Shown in pieces: positions 18,990 through 28,189 of a DNA stretch of 64,000 bases. The stretch covers positions 256,001-320,000 of the forward strand of contig CAXRHT010000001.1 in assembly GCA_964230645.1 (NCBI GenBank). The letters run 5' to 3'. This DNA is from Bdellovibrionales bacterium (GTDB taxonomy: Bacteria > Bdellovibrionota > Bdellovibrionia > Bdellovibrionales > JAGQZY01). Position numbers and translations under genes: made by a program. Below the pieces are notes generated by a model. It worked only from the letters and a program-made list of their open reading frames with translations. It was not told the origin of the DNA and did not search any database. Numbering within the stretch: the stretch's first letter is position 1; every line of letters begins with the position of its first letter.

Positions 18990-20516
18990 ATGATACGCAC
19001 ACTACTCCCCGCTCTTTTGATTCTTTTGACTCAATGTACAGGTTCAAAAAATAAAGAACTCACCCACTTTAGCCTCCACTTATTCCAAGAGCCCATGCAC
19101 CTTGACCCCACACGAGCCCGAGCCTCGACCTCTAGTTATTTTTTTTACAATATTTTGAGAGGCCTTTATAAAATTAATGAGAAAAATGAGCTGGAAACTG
19201 AGGGTGGAAAGTGCCAGTGGCTCTCTTCTAAAAAACTCACTTGTAAAATCAGAGATCAACACTGGTGGGATGGCACTCCGGTTCAGGCCAAGGATTACAA
19301 AAGAAGTTTTATCGACCTGATCGACCCAGAAAACGCCTCTCCCAGGGCTCACTTACTGGGTCGTATTGAGGGAGCTCAAGAAATCCTGTCCGGTCAGAAA
19401 GATCCGAAAGAGATTTCCTTTGAAATCACCTCTGAGGATTCTTTTAGCCTTCAGTTTAAAGACCACGACCCTGAGTTTTTATATAAACTGGCAAGCACTG
19501 CCCTTTTCCCGACCCACAAGAATCGGGCTGATACCCGGCAAGACTTTCAAAATTTTATTGGCAACGGTCCCTATAAAATGGCCACCTGGCAGGCCGGTAA
19601 GCATCTAGAATTAATTCCTAATCCACACTACAAAAAGGGTCACCCCAACAGGCCTCCCGTTAAAATTTATTTTATCGATGACGAAATGACAGCCTATCGC
19701 CTCTACGAAAAAGGAGAACTGCAGTTTTTAAGACGCATTCCCTCAAAGCTTTTTCATAAAGTCTTAGAGCGGGATGACTTTTTTCAACTGCCCATGCTTC
19801 GTTTTGACTACGTCGGCTTCGGCGATGATTTAAAGGAAAACAAAAATCTAAGAGCGGCTTTAAGCCATTCTATAAACTACGAGGTCCTGAAAAAACTCCT
19901 CTTTGCTCTCGAACGCCCTGGCTGCCCCAGTATTCCTAAAGGCTGGATGCAGGAGCAACCCTGCTACGCTTTTGACCTAAAGACCGCAAAAAAATGGCTC
20001 TCCAAAGTGTCTGAACAAGACAAAAGCAAAGTTTATGATCTCAAGGTCAGTCAACAAGGTGGCAACGATATCAAGAAACAAGCGGAGTTTTTACAAAATC
20101 AATGGAAAAAACATCTGGGACTTAACGTGCGAGTGAGTCAAGTTGAGGGCAAAGTTCTTATTAACGAATTGCGCACAAGTCCCCCAGACATATTTAGAAA
20201 AGGAGTGGGCCTTGATCGCCCCACTTGTTTGAGTGCTCTAGAAACTTTTTCAGCCGACTCAAAACAAAACTATCTCGACATAAAGGATTCCGAGTACGGT
20301 GAATTTGTGACAGGTCTAAAAGAAGCCAAATCTCCGCAGCAATATAAAAAGATCTGCCAAAAAGCCAATGAGTATCTTTTAAAAAATTATTTTCTCATTC
20401 CCTTAGGAGAGATGCATTTTGGCATCATGGCTAAAAAGTCATTCACTGGCTGGAAAATGAATGGCATGAACCAATTGGACCTTAGTCAACTCTCAAAAGC
20501 CTCATCTCAAAATTAG
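18990..20516 (+). CDS. Peptide ABC transporter substrate-binding protein (OppA-like, family 5)
   Basis: EP..LDP, WWDGTPVQAKDY, GNGPYKM and LR.ALS..IN motifs; lipoprotein-like N-terminus. Confidence 0.85.
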   Translation: MIRTLLPALLILLTQCTGSKNKELTHFSLHLFQEPMHLDPTRARASTSSYFFYNILRGLYKINEKNELETEGGKCQWLSSKKLTCKIRDQHWWDGTPVQAKDYKRSFIDLIDPENASPRAHLLGRIEGAQEILSGQKDPKEISFEITSEDSFSLQFKDHDPEFLYKLASTALFPTHKNRADTRQDFQNFIGNGPYKMATWQAGKHLELIPNPHYKKGHPNRPPVKIYFIDDEMTAYRLYEKGELQFLRRIPSKLFHKVLERDDFFQLPMLRFDYVGFGDDLKENKNLRAALSHSINYEVLKKLLFALERPGCPSIPKGWMQEQPCYAFDLKTAKKWLSKVSEQDKSKVYDLKVSQQGGNDIKKQAEFLQNQWKKHLGLNVRVSQVEGKVLINELRTSPPDIFRKGVGLDRPTCLSALETFSADSKQNYLDIKDSEYGEFVTGLKEAKSPQQYKKICQKANEYLLKNYFLIPLGEMHFGIMAKKSFTGWKMNGMNQLDLSQLSKASSQN

Positions 20517-20661
20517 ATTTTTTTAACGATTTAACTCCACAGTCTCCTTTCATGGTTTTTACTCAAGACCTTAGAGCGGGAGACCTTAGTCGTTAAAATT
20601 GTTTTTTCCTATAAGCGCGTTCAAATTCTCACTTCTTATGACCGATGAGTAGGGAAGCATT

Positions 20662-22308
20662 ATGAAAAAGAAAAAGACACCACAATCAAATTATACCAAA
20701 CGCCTACGCAGCCTGATTGATATTGGGGTGGCTCTTTCTTCTGAAAAGGAACTCAACAACCTTCTTCGAGTTATTCTACAAAAAGCCATTGATGTTACCC
20801 AGTGCGAAGGCGCCAGCATTTACCTTGTGCACGAAAAGGCAACCCATAAAACTTCCAATGTGGTCTCACTGCAAAAAGAGTCAGTCTTGCGCTTTTTAAA
20901 GTCAATGAATCGAAGAGAGGGAATTTTTGATCAGCAAGGTGTTTTACCCATTGACTCCAACAGTATCGCCGGCCACGTTGCCCAGTCTAAAGAGATACTT
21001 AATATCAAGGATTGTTATAAAATAGACTCAGGCGAAGTTTTCCAATTTAACGATATCTTCGACAAAAACAACGATTACAAATCAAAATCCATGCTCACCA
21101 TCCCAATGATCACCGCGGATGGAAAGGTCAAAGGCGTTCTTCAACTTATCAACAAACTCTCAGATAAGGGCTTAGAAAAACTCGAAACAAATGGCAAAAT
21201 GGCCATGAACTGCATCCGCACCTTTAGTGACGATGATGTAGAATTAATGCGAGTTTTTGCCAGCTACGCGGCCATCGCACTAGAAAATTCACAACTCACT
21301 GAAAACATCGAAAACCTTTTTGAAAGTTTTGTCAGAGCTTCCGTTAAAGCCATCGAATCAAGAGACCCCACCACGAGTGGACACAGTGATCGTGTGGCAA
21401 TGATGACTGTGGAATTGGCTTTAGCAACTCACAAAATTAAAGAAGGTCCCTTTAAACACGTTCAATTCTCTGAGGAACAGATCAAAGAGATCCGTTACGC
21501 TTCCCTACTTCACGACTTTGGAAAAATTGGTGTTACTGAAAAAGTATTACTTAAAAAGAAGAAGTTACATGACCGCGACCTAGAGTCTATTTTGTTAAGG
21601 TTCGACACCACAGGTTTTCACCAGGAAACCAAGATCTGGAAAAACTTTAGCGAGAAACTGCTCGAACAAGCCCGTGGGAAATCTGATGGCTCATTTGATC
21701 CCGACAAAGCTTTTAAGGAAGCCAATCAACAAATTGAAACCTTAAAATCACGCATTCAAACTATGCGAAGCCAACTCATCACAGCCAATGAACCGCAAGT
21801 GATGAGTGATGACTTTGATATCCATGAACTGATTCAACGCTTAGAAAACGCCAATCATTATTTCAATGACAATGTCCTCTCTCAAGACGAACTAAAAACT
21901 CTATCGATACCCAGAGGAAGTCTGAATTTAGAAGAAAGAAAAGAAATCGAATCCCACGTGAGTCACACTTACGAATTCTTAAAACAAATCGCCTGGACCG
22001 ACAATCTTAGCCACGTCACCACAATCGCCCACTGTCACCACGAAAAAATGGACGGCACCGGCTACCCAAGAAAAATAGCCGGCGACCAAATCCCGATTCA
22101 ATCAAGAATGATGACGATCGCCGATATCTATGACGCCCTAACCGCTTTCGACAGACCTTACAAAAAGTCAGTCACTCCAGCCCGCGCTCTAGAAATTTTA
22201 ATCAAAGACGCCAGAGCCGGAAAAATCGACGGATTCCTTTTGAAGATTTTCATTGAATCAGGAATCTTTCACAATGCGACTCTGGGCACCCACAAAAAAG
22301 CCAGCTAA
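20662..22308 (+). CDS. GAF plus HD-GYP phosphodiesterase
   Basis: GAF domain (SIAGHVA, KSMLTIPM, GVLQLINK), IESRDPTTSGHSDRV, LLHDFGKIG, HHEKMDGTGYP, DRPYK. Confidence 0.92.
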   Translation: MKKKKTPQSNYTKRLRSLIDIGVALSSEKELNNLLRVILQKAIDVTQCEGASIYLVHEKATHKTSNVVSLQKESVLRFLKSMNRREGIFDQQGVLPIDSNSIAGHVAQSKEILNIKDCYKIDSGEVFQFNDIFDKNNDYKSKSMLTIPMITADGKVKGVLQLINKLSDKGLEKLETNGKMAMNCIRTFSDDDVELMRVFASYAAIALENSQLTENIENLFESFVRASVKAIESRDPTTSGHSDRVAMMTVELALATHKIKEGPFKHVQFSEEQIKEIRYASLLHDFGKIGVTEKVLLKKKKLHDRDLESILLRFDTTGFHQETKIWKNFSEKLLEQARGKSDGSFDPDKAFKEANQQIETLKSRIQTMRSQLITANEPQVMSDDFDIHELIQRLENANHYFNDNVLSQDELKTLSIPRGSLNLEERKEIESHVSHTYEFLKQIAWTDNLSHVTTIAHCHHEKMDGTGYPRKIAGDQIPIQSRMMTIADIYDALTAFDRPYKKSVTPARALEILIKDARAGKIDGFLLKIFIESGIFHNATLGTHKKAS

Positions 22309-22344
22309 GAGAATAAAACTATAACCGTTAACTAACTTTTAAAC

Positions 22345-22538
22345 CATTTTGTGATCGAGTTCTTCGAATCTGCTTAGGATTTTGGGAGAATTTCGGAGGG
22401 GCTCGAGCAACGAGCGCTGCGTATCTTGGGCTGCGACATGCAATGGCGCAGCCCGGGAGACGAAGTGCACCCGGGTGCGTGCCGCTCCGAAAGGCTCCCA
22501 AAATCTTAAGCAGATTCGAAGAACTCGATCACAAAATG
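22345..22538. repeat. Long inverted-repeat element (MITE-like)
   Basis: 58-bp arms (22345-22402 and 22481-22538) with 4 mismatches; GC-rich branched core. Confidence 0.85.
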
Positions 22539-22605
22539 CCCCCGCCCCAAGTTTCTCGACACGCCCGAGTTTGTCCATCCTCCCCCAAGCGTCTATAACA
22601 ATTCT

Positions 22606-23337
22606 ATGGAAAATATTGTTATAAGTGGTGCCTCCTCAGGTATCGGCTCAGAAATTGTTCGTTATTTCAGTCAAAAAGGTTGGACCGTCTATATGGTGGC
22701 CCGTAACCAGGAAAAGCTCGATCAGCTCGCTAAGGAGTGTAAGAACGCAACACCCATCGCTTGCGACCTCACCGATCCAAGCGCCATCAAGACTTTAAAA
22801 GAAAAGCTAGAAGGCCAGCCCATTGATGCCTTGATCAATAATGCTGGAATCTTTCAACCCTGCCCTATTGAGGATGACAACGACGAGGTCTGGGAAAACC
22901 ACTTTCAAAGTAACCTTATGAGTGCCGTGCGCCTGACAAGAGCTCTCTGGCCCCAGCTTAAAGAATCAAAAGGGGTAATTCTTAATATCTCATCCACTCT
23001 TGCCATGCGTCCTATTCCCAACACCGCGGCTTATTCGGCAATTAAAGCCGCCATGAGCAATTGGACACAAGCCTTGGCCCTTGAAGGGGCCCCTCTAGGG
23101 ATTCGAGCTAACGCCATTTGCCCTGGGATCATCGACACACCCATTCACTCTTATGTAGGTAGCCCTAAACCTGAAGACCAGGAACTCTATCAAACAATGC
23201 AGAAAGCCCAGCCGCTGGGTCGCACCGGAAAAGTCACTGATATTGCGCCCATGGCTTACCAGCTGGTTTCCAAAGACTCCCAGTGGATTACAGGCACTTT
23301 GCTCAATATCGATGGTGGAATTTTACTGAACAGCTAA
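22606..23337 (+). CDS. SDR family oxidoreductase
   Basis: SGASSGIG, NNAG, YSAIK and CPG.IDTP motifs. Confidence 0.93.
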   Translation: MENIVISGASSGIGSEIVRYFSQKGWTVYMVARNQEKLDQLAKECKNATPIACDLTDPSAIKTLKEKLEGQPIDALINNAGIFQPCPIEDDNDEVWENHFQSNLMSAVRLTRALWPQLKESKGVILNISSTLAMRPIPNTAAYSAIKAAMSNWTQALALEGAPLGIRANAICPGIIDTPIHSYVGSPKPEDQELYQTMQKAQPLGRTGKVTDIAPMAYQLVSKDSQWITGTLLNIDGGILLNS

Positions 23338-23390
23338 CCCCTCCAAAGTCCTGTTCAAAAATGACACAATCCCACCGATAAGATTGTGAC

Positions 23391-23774
23391 ATGTACATGA
23401 GTCTTCTTTTCCTAAAACTGACCCTACTGACCCTTGTGATCAGTCATCTTCGCGCTAGGAGAACCTCACCTCTTGAAGGCGAGGGCTATCAGTATGAGCT
23501 CCGCTTTGATGGCTCAAAAGAGGAATTCTTTTCAAAACTCGACAACGAAATTCTGGTTCAAAAAAAGTATCTTTTGCTCGAAAAAACACCTCACAAGTGT
23601 TTAATCAGCGAAAGGGCTGGGCTTTTCAACTACGGAGCTTTTTACCATATAAAGCTTCAAGCTGAGGAGGCTGGAGTTCGTGTTTGCATTCAGGTGCAAC
23701 CTAAACTAGTAAGTCATTCAGATGGACAAAAAGAAGACTCAAAAAAAGCATTCAAAAAAATCGGCCTCAAATAA
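23391..23774 (+). CDS. Hypothetical protein with N-terminal membrane segment
   Basis: ORF fills the gap before the pseudouridine synthase; TCAA-N15-ACCGATAA upstream. Confidence 0.55.
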   Translation: MYMSLLFLKLTLLTLVISHLRARRTSPLEGEGYQYELRFDGSKEEFFSKLDNEILVQKKYLLLEKTPHKCLISERAGLFNYGAFYHIKLQAEEAGVRVCIQVQPKLVSHSDGQKEDSKKAFKKIGLK

Positions 23775-24501
23775 TAAAAGCGAAGGGGTTCGAATTAATA
23801 AATACCTCGCTGACCAAGGTCTCTGTTCTCGTAGAGAAGCCGATGCTTTGATCGAAAAAGGCTGGATTCGGATCAATGGCGAAGTTTTAAAAGAGCTAGG
23901 CTATAAAGTCTTACCCAAAGATAAAGTGGAGTGGGATGAAAAGGCTGAAAAACAAATTAAAAACAAAAAAACCATCATTATTCATAAACCCCTTGGATAT
24001 GTTTCGGCTCAGGCCGAGGACGGCTATCAACCAGCCATTCGCTTAGCGACTGCTGAAAACTATTACGGCGACATGAAGCACCCTAAAATCTTTCACAAGG
24101 GCTTTGCTCCGGCTGGACGCCTTGATATTGATTCAACCGGGCTTTTAATCCTCACCCAGAACGGAAAAATTGCTAAGAATATTATCTCCCCACAATCCAT
24201 AGTGGAAAAAGAGTATGTCGTTCTTGTTAATGGTGACATCACTGAGGAAAAAGTAAAAAAGCTTTGCTTTGGTCTGTCCCTTGATGGCAAAAAATTAAAA
24301 CGAGCCAAGGTTAAAAAAGAAGAGGCACAGAAATTGCGCTTCGTTTTAATTGAAGGAAAAAAACGACAAATTCGGCGGATGTGCGAGCAGGTCGACCTTG
24401 AGGTGACCTCCTTAAAAAGAGTTCGGATCGGAAGATTGCGCTTAGGAAAACTCCCCCTTGGCAAGTGGCGTTTTTTAAAAGACTCGGAAAAAATTTTTTA
24501 G
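23722..24501 (+). CDS. rRNA pseudouridine synthase (RsuA/RluB/RluF family)
   Basis: S4 domain RINKYLA..GLCSRREAD, catalytic GRLDIDSTGLL, EGKKRQIRRM. Confidence 0.93.
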   Translation: MDKKKTQKKHSKKSASNNKSEGVRINKYLADQGLCSRREADALIEKGWIRINGEVLKELGYKVLPKDKVEWDEKAEKQIKNKKTIIIHKPLGYVSAQAEDGYQPAIRLATAENYYGDMKHPKIFHKGFAPAGRLDIDSTGLLILTQNGKIAKNIISPQSIVEKEYVVLVNGDITEEKVKKLCFGLSLDGKKLKRAKVKKEEAQKLRFVLIEGKKRQIRRMCEQVDLEVTSLKRVRIGRLRLGKLPLGKWRFLKDSEKIF

Positions 24502-25283
24502 CCCTGACTCTGTTTAAGTATTTCCAATTCCCATTCTTCAAAGCCTGCTTGCTGTCTTAATTTTAGCGCCGGCTTATTTCCACGCTTATGTTTTTTTGCT
24601 AAGGCCTTTGTCATCCGATGAAAAAAAAGTTTCTCATCAATTGAAAACTGAGAACTAAAATGTCGAAACCAGCGGTTTCCAAATTCGACATGGCCGATTT
24701 CTTCTTCAACAATAAGTCCCACCGTTTGTTTGACCACAGGACTCTGCACCCCCTGGAGTCTTTTAAGAATGGAATCTCCTGCATCAAGGCCTGAGCCCTC
24801 AAGATACCGATGCACAATAAAGAGTCTTTGCAAAAGGGTATCCGATCGATCAACGGAATTCCAAAGCCCTAGATGCACGGGCCACTTTCCCCAGTGACCT
24901 CCCAGGCTTTCCAAGCTCTCTAAACATTTTTTGAGATGCTTGCCTTCCTGTAGCACAATTTCAGCCAATTCTTCGCGAAAATCCATTGGGGTCCAAGGAA
25001 ATTCTATCAAAGTTCGTAAACCTAACTCCATGGCTTGAAGCTCAATATTCGCAAGATCGTGGAGGAGTTTTTGCTGCCCTAGAGGTGAGAGTCCCATTTT
25101 TGCTGGTAAGTTGTGCACGGATTGGACCAAAATATCTCGCCCAGGAAGAGCGGGAATCTGATTCTGATCGGGATCTGTAATAAGAGCCCCAATCTCTTCT
25201 TCAAGCCCCTTTAGTTTTAAAAAGATATTCTCCTCGGCTAGTACCATGGACCCATCTAAACCTGAGGGCCTTGTATGAAACAA
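24498..25283 (-). CDS. DUF455 family ferritin-like protein
   Basis: LLH.LANIELQA.EL, QE.KH, LEG.GLD and EEIGHV.FG.RWF di-iron-like motifs. Confidence 0.82.
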   Translation of the reverse strand: MFHTRPSGLDGSMVLAEENIFLKLKGLEEEIGALITDPDQNQIPALPGRDILVQSVHNLPAKMGLSPLGQQKLLHDLANIELQAMELGLRTLIEFPWTPMDFREELAEIVLQEGKHLKKCLESLESLGGHWGKWPVHLGLWNSVDRSDTLLQRLFIVHRYLEGSGLDAGDSILKRLQGVQSPVVKQTVGLIVEEEIGHVEFGNRWFRHFSSQFSIDEKLFFHRMTKALAKKHKRGNKPALKLRQQAGFEEWELEILKQSQG

Positions 25284-25373
25284 GGATTATGTTGCATTTT
25301 GACAAAGGATTCAGGCTTTTCTGGACAGAATCAGTGGACAAATTTAGATTGTTAGTCTGTTGAGGAGTATCGT

Positions 25374-26093
25374 ATGGGAAAAAGTTGGAAGAATCCTTTT
25401 AAAGAAGCCAATGCTCAGAAAAAAGGGGCTCAAATATCAAAACTGGCAAAAGAGATCTCTGTGGCCGCCAAATTAGGTGGTGGTGATCCTGAGGCCAATT
25501 CCCGTCTGCGCTTGGCCATCAACAGTGCCAAGGCCGAATCGGTCCCAAAAGACACCATTGAAAGAGCCATTAAAAAGGGTACGGGCGAGCTTGATGACGG
25601 TAAAACCATTGAAGAAGTGATGTATGAAGGCTACGCCCCTCACCAAGTCGGAGTGCTTGTGGAGTGCCAAACGGACAATCGCGCCAGAACCGCCCCCGAT
25701 ATTCGCTTCATTTTTAAAAAACATGACGGTCAAATGGGTGAGCAAGGCAGTGTGGCCTGGATGTTTGATCGCATTGGGCTCGTAGAGGGTGTTCCCCCTG
25801 AGGGCAAAGAGATTGATCCCGAAGAAGAAGCCATTGAAGCCGGAGCCAATGAGGTTGAAAAGTCTAATGACGACGAGCAAACTCTTTATTCCTTTTACAC
25901 AGAAGCCGACGAAGTGGACGTTGTTCAAAAAGCTTTAACAGAGAGAGGCTGGGAAATTAAAACAGCCGAGCTCTCATACAAAGCAAAAAACAAAACCGCA
26001 GACCTTACCGAAGAGCAAGTCAAAGACGTCTATGAGTTTATGGATGCACTTGACGAAAACGACGACACCGCCCGGATTCACACCACCCTATAG
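25374..26093 (+). CDS. yebC: YebC/PmpR family protein
   Basis: GGGDPEANSRLRLAI, PKDTIERAIKKG, YEGY and TDNR.RT motifs. Confidence 0.93.
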   Translation: MGKSWKNPFKEANAQKKGAQISKLAKEISVAAKLGGGDPEANSRLRLAINSAKAESVPKDTIERAIKKGTGELDDGKTIEEVMYEGYAPHQVGVLVECQTDNRARTAPDIRFIFKKHDGQMGEQGSVAWMFDRIGLVEGVPPEGKEIDPEEEAIEAGANEVEKSNDDEQTLYSFYTEADEVDVVQKALTERGWEIKTAELSYKAKNKTADLTEEQVKDVYEFMDALDENDDTARIHTTL

Positions 26094-26100
26094 CAGGGGA

Positions 26101-26185
26101 AGATCCTTCGCTCCGCTCAGGATGACAGTGGGCTCCTCTGGATGACAGTGGGCTTCTCTTGATGACAGTGGCTCCTCAGGATGAC
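26101..26185. repeat. GTC-tagged REP-like cluster 2
   Basis: AGATCCTTCGCTCCGCTCAGGATGAC followed by three 19-20-bp tandem units ending in GATGAC. Confidence 0.9.
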
Positions 26186-26200
26186 CTTGAGCTACTCATT

Positions 26201-26635
26201 TTAGTTTTGGGCTTGGATTTGAAAGGCTTGGGCGTAGAGCATGGTTTGCTTGATCATGGAAAGAAAACCATTGGCACGGCTGGGTGAGAGGGATTCTTTA
26301 AAGCCTAGCTCTTCAATAAAGTTGGGAGGAGTTGTCAGAACTTCTTTCGGAGGTAGGCCCGAGTAAGCCCTTAATAATAAGGAGACTAAGCCTTTAACGA
26401 TCATGGCATCACTGTCGGCTTTTAGAATCATTCGCCCCTCCTCGTTGAGTGAAGCGTGCAACCACACTTGAGACTGACAGCCTTTAACTAGGAATTTTTC
26501 TTGATAAAGTTCCTCAGGAAGCTCGGGAAGCTCTTTTCCGATTTGAATGATCTTTTTATAGCGATCTTCCCAGCCACTAAGGCTCGAAAATTCTTCAACT
26601 ATAGCCTGCTGTCTTTTTTCACCTTCTGTACTCAT
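26201..26635 (-). CDS. sufE: SufE family sulfur-acceptor protein
   Basis: WEDRY..II..GK.L, VKGCQSQVW, ADSDA.IVKGL and LSPSR.NG motifs. Confidence 0.93.
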   Translation of the reverse strand: MSTEGEKRQQAIVEEFSSLSGWEDRYKKIIQIGKELPELPEELYQEKFLVKGCQSQVWLHASLNEEGRMILKADSDAMIVKGLVSLLLRAYSGLPPKEVLTTPPNFIEELGFKESLSPSRANGFLSMIKQTMLYAQAFQIQAQN

Positions 26636-27332
26636 AGTGCCCTTTTGCTAACATAAGCTGAGTGTACTGGCCAGATAGATTTTCTGCTTGCGGTTGATTG
26701 GCCAGGAGAAGTCTTTGAGCTCTAGCATCCTTTTTAAGAAAATGGTGGGCCTGTCTATAAGTGGACTTGGCCTCATGCAATTGGGATATCTTGAAAAAAG
26801 AAGGTAGCTCTCCTTTAGGCCTCTCATCCATATAACCGCACCAAAGATTCCAGTCCTCAAGACTCCCCCCTTTGAATTCAAACCACAGCTTTAAAAGATT
26901 AGCCTCAAGCCTCATCTGCCAACTTTCTATTTGAGTGTAGATCTCTGAACCTAATTCGGAAGCGCAAAAGAAGGTAAAACACGTACTTGGACGATGAGAC
27001 CAAATCCCACACCCCCCGTTCTGATCATAGAAGTGACAAAGGGTCTCTTTACTTATTCTATGGGAACGAGGGTGAAGGGCTCCCATAAGAGTGAGCTCCA
27101 TTTCTTCAATGCGCGGGAACTTTTCAAGCTCCTCGCCTTTCTCTAACCAGGCTCCTATAGCAAAGGCCGACCAAAAAGGAGAAAACTGACAGCACTTTTT
27201 GTCCGGGGTGTACTTTTCCTTTCTTTTAAGAGGCCTTTTCACTTGGCAGTGAAAACAATCCACCGACGGCTCCTTAAGTGAAGGAGAATCTAAACAGAGG
27301 CGCTCATATAACCAATTCACAGAACTGGTCAT
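26619..27332 (-). CDS. Cys-cluster hypothetical protein (YkgJ/UPF0153-like)
   Basis: CxxC...CC...CHFY...CGIW.HRPSTC.TFFC pattern; overlaps the sufE start. Confidence 0.6.
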   Translation of the reverse strand: MTSSVNWLYERLCLDSPSLKEPSVDCFHCQVKRPLKRKEKYTPDKKCCQFSPFWSAFAIGAWLEKGEELEKFPRIEEMELTLMGALHPRSHRISKETLCHFYDQNGGCGIWSHRPSTCFTFFCASELGSEIYTQIESWQMRLEANLLKLWFEFKGGSLEDWNLWCGYMDERPKGELPSFFKISQLHEAKSTYRQAHHFLKKDARAQRLLLANQPQAENLSGQYTQLMLAKGHYEYRR

Positions 27333-27553
27333 AGCACGATCAGCCGCTGACCTGGAAGACCGTACTGGTGGCTAAAAAGCCCCCCCCAAAAAAAGTGACA
27401 CTCAACGTCTCTGTTTTTGGCCTTTGACACCCGTCTCACAATGAAACGAGCTAATAATTCAGTGTTTTTAATGGTTTACAGAAAAAGCCTCAATTGGCAC
27501 TTGGCCTTTTTATTGTACTTATAAAGGGTAACGAACAAACCCAAGGGGGGAAC

Positions 27554-27886
27554 ATGTTTAAGAAGATTCTAATGATTTCACTGTATTTAATGATCGGTTA
27601 CCAAGCCAAGGCGAGCTATAACACTATGGCTAATAGCGCTGAGCACCAGCCAGCCTCTATTAAAGAAGCGGCTGCGAAAACCAAAAACATCTGCACCATC
27701 AATGCTGGTGACATCGGCAAATTGAAATACCGCGGGGCCACTTACGAGGAGGCTTTCTCTAGAGTGACCAACGAGTGCTTTCAACGACGCACCGATCTTT
27801 TCGTGAAAAACAGAAACCAACAGCCTGATCAAGATCGTCAGATCCTTTTTGCTGAGTCCTGCGTCAATAGCGTAAAATGTATCTAA
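27554..27886 (+). CDS. Small secreted hypothetical protein with four Cys
   Basis: AAGGGGGG RBS before ATG at 27554; signal peptide ending AKA. Confidence 0.7.
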   Translation: MFKKILMISLYLMIGYQAKASYNTMANSAEHQPASIKEAAAKTKNICTINAGDIGKLKYRGATYEEAFSRVTNECFQRRTDLFVKNRNQQPDQDRQILFAESCVNSVKCI

Positions 27887-27931
27887 AGAGCTGACTTGCT
27901 TTGCTCAAGTCAAAATAGTAAAAATAATCTC

Positions 27932-27966
27932 AAGGTCTCGCTTTAAAAAGTGGGACCTTTGATTTT
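27932..27966 (+). terminator. Putative terminator hairpin
   Basis: AAGGTCTCGCTT/AAGTGGGACCTT stem followed by T-rich sequence. Confidence 0.5.
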
Positions 27967-27980
27967 CTGGGAGTTTTTTT

Positions 27981-28187
27981 ATGATCAAAGCCCTACTTGG
28001 TTTTTTATTTGGAAAGCAAACCAATATCTTCAACCCTAAAGGTCGCGTTGAGCACGATCTGGGTAACAAAAAGTGGGAAGCCTGGAATAATAGACTCTCA
28101 GAAAACCCTCGCTACAACTGGAAAAAACACAGCGGCAAGACGCCTCAATCTAAAGAAAAAGAGTCGGCCGAGTCTCCTTCGGCTTAA
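27981..28187 (+). CDS. Small hypothetical protein
   Basis: GGGAG RBS; Trp-rich 68-aa ORF ending next to the cca stop. Confidence 0.6.
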   Translation: MIKALLGFLFGKQTNIFNPKGRVEHDLGNKKWEAWNNRLSENPRYNWKKHSGKTPQSKEKESAESPSA

Positions 28188-28189
28188 CT

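Noticed and set aside
22339..22624. Short ORFs on both strands over the foldback element, and similar ORFs at 1237-1419 and 34301-34516
   Set aside because: They are translations of repeat DNA without RBS or protein motifs.
27494..27520. Sigma54 promoter (TTGGCAC) upstream of the small secreted gene
   Set aside because: No GC at the required -12 spacing.
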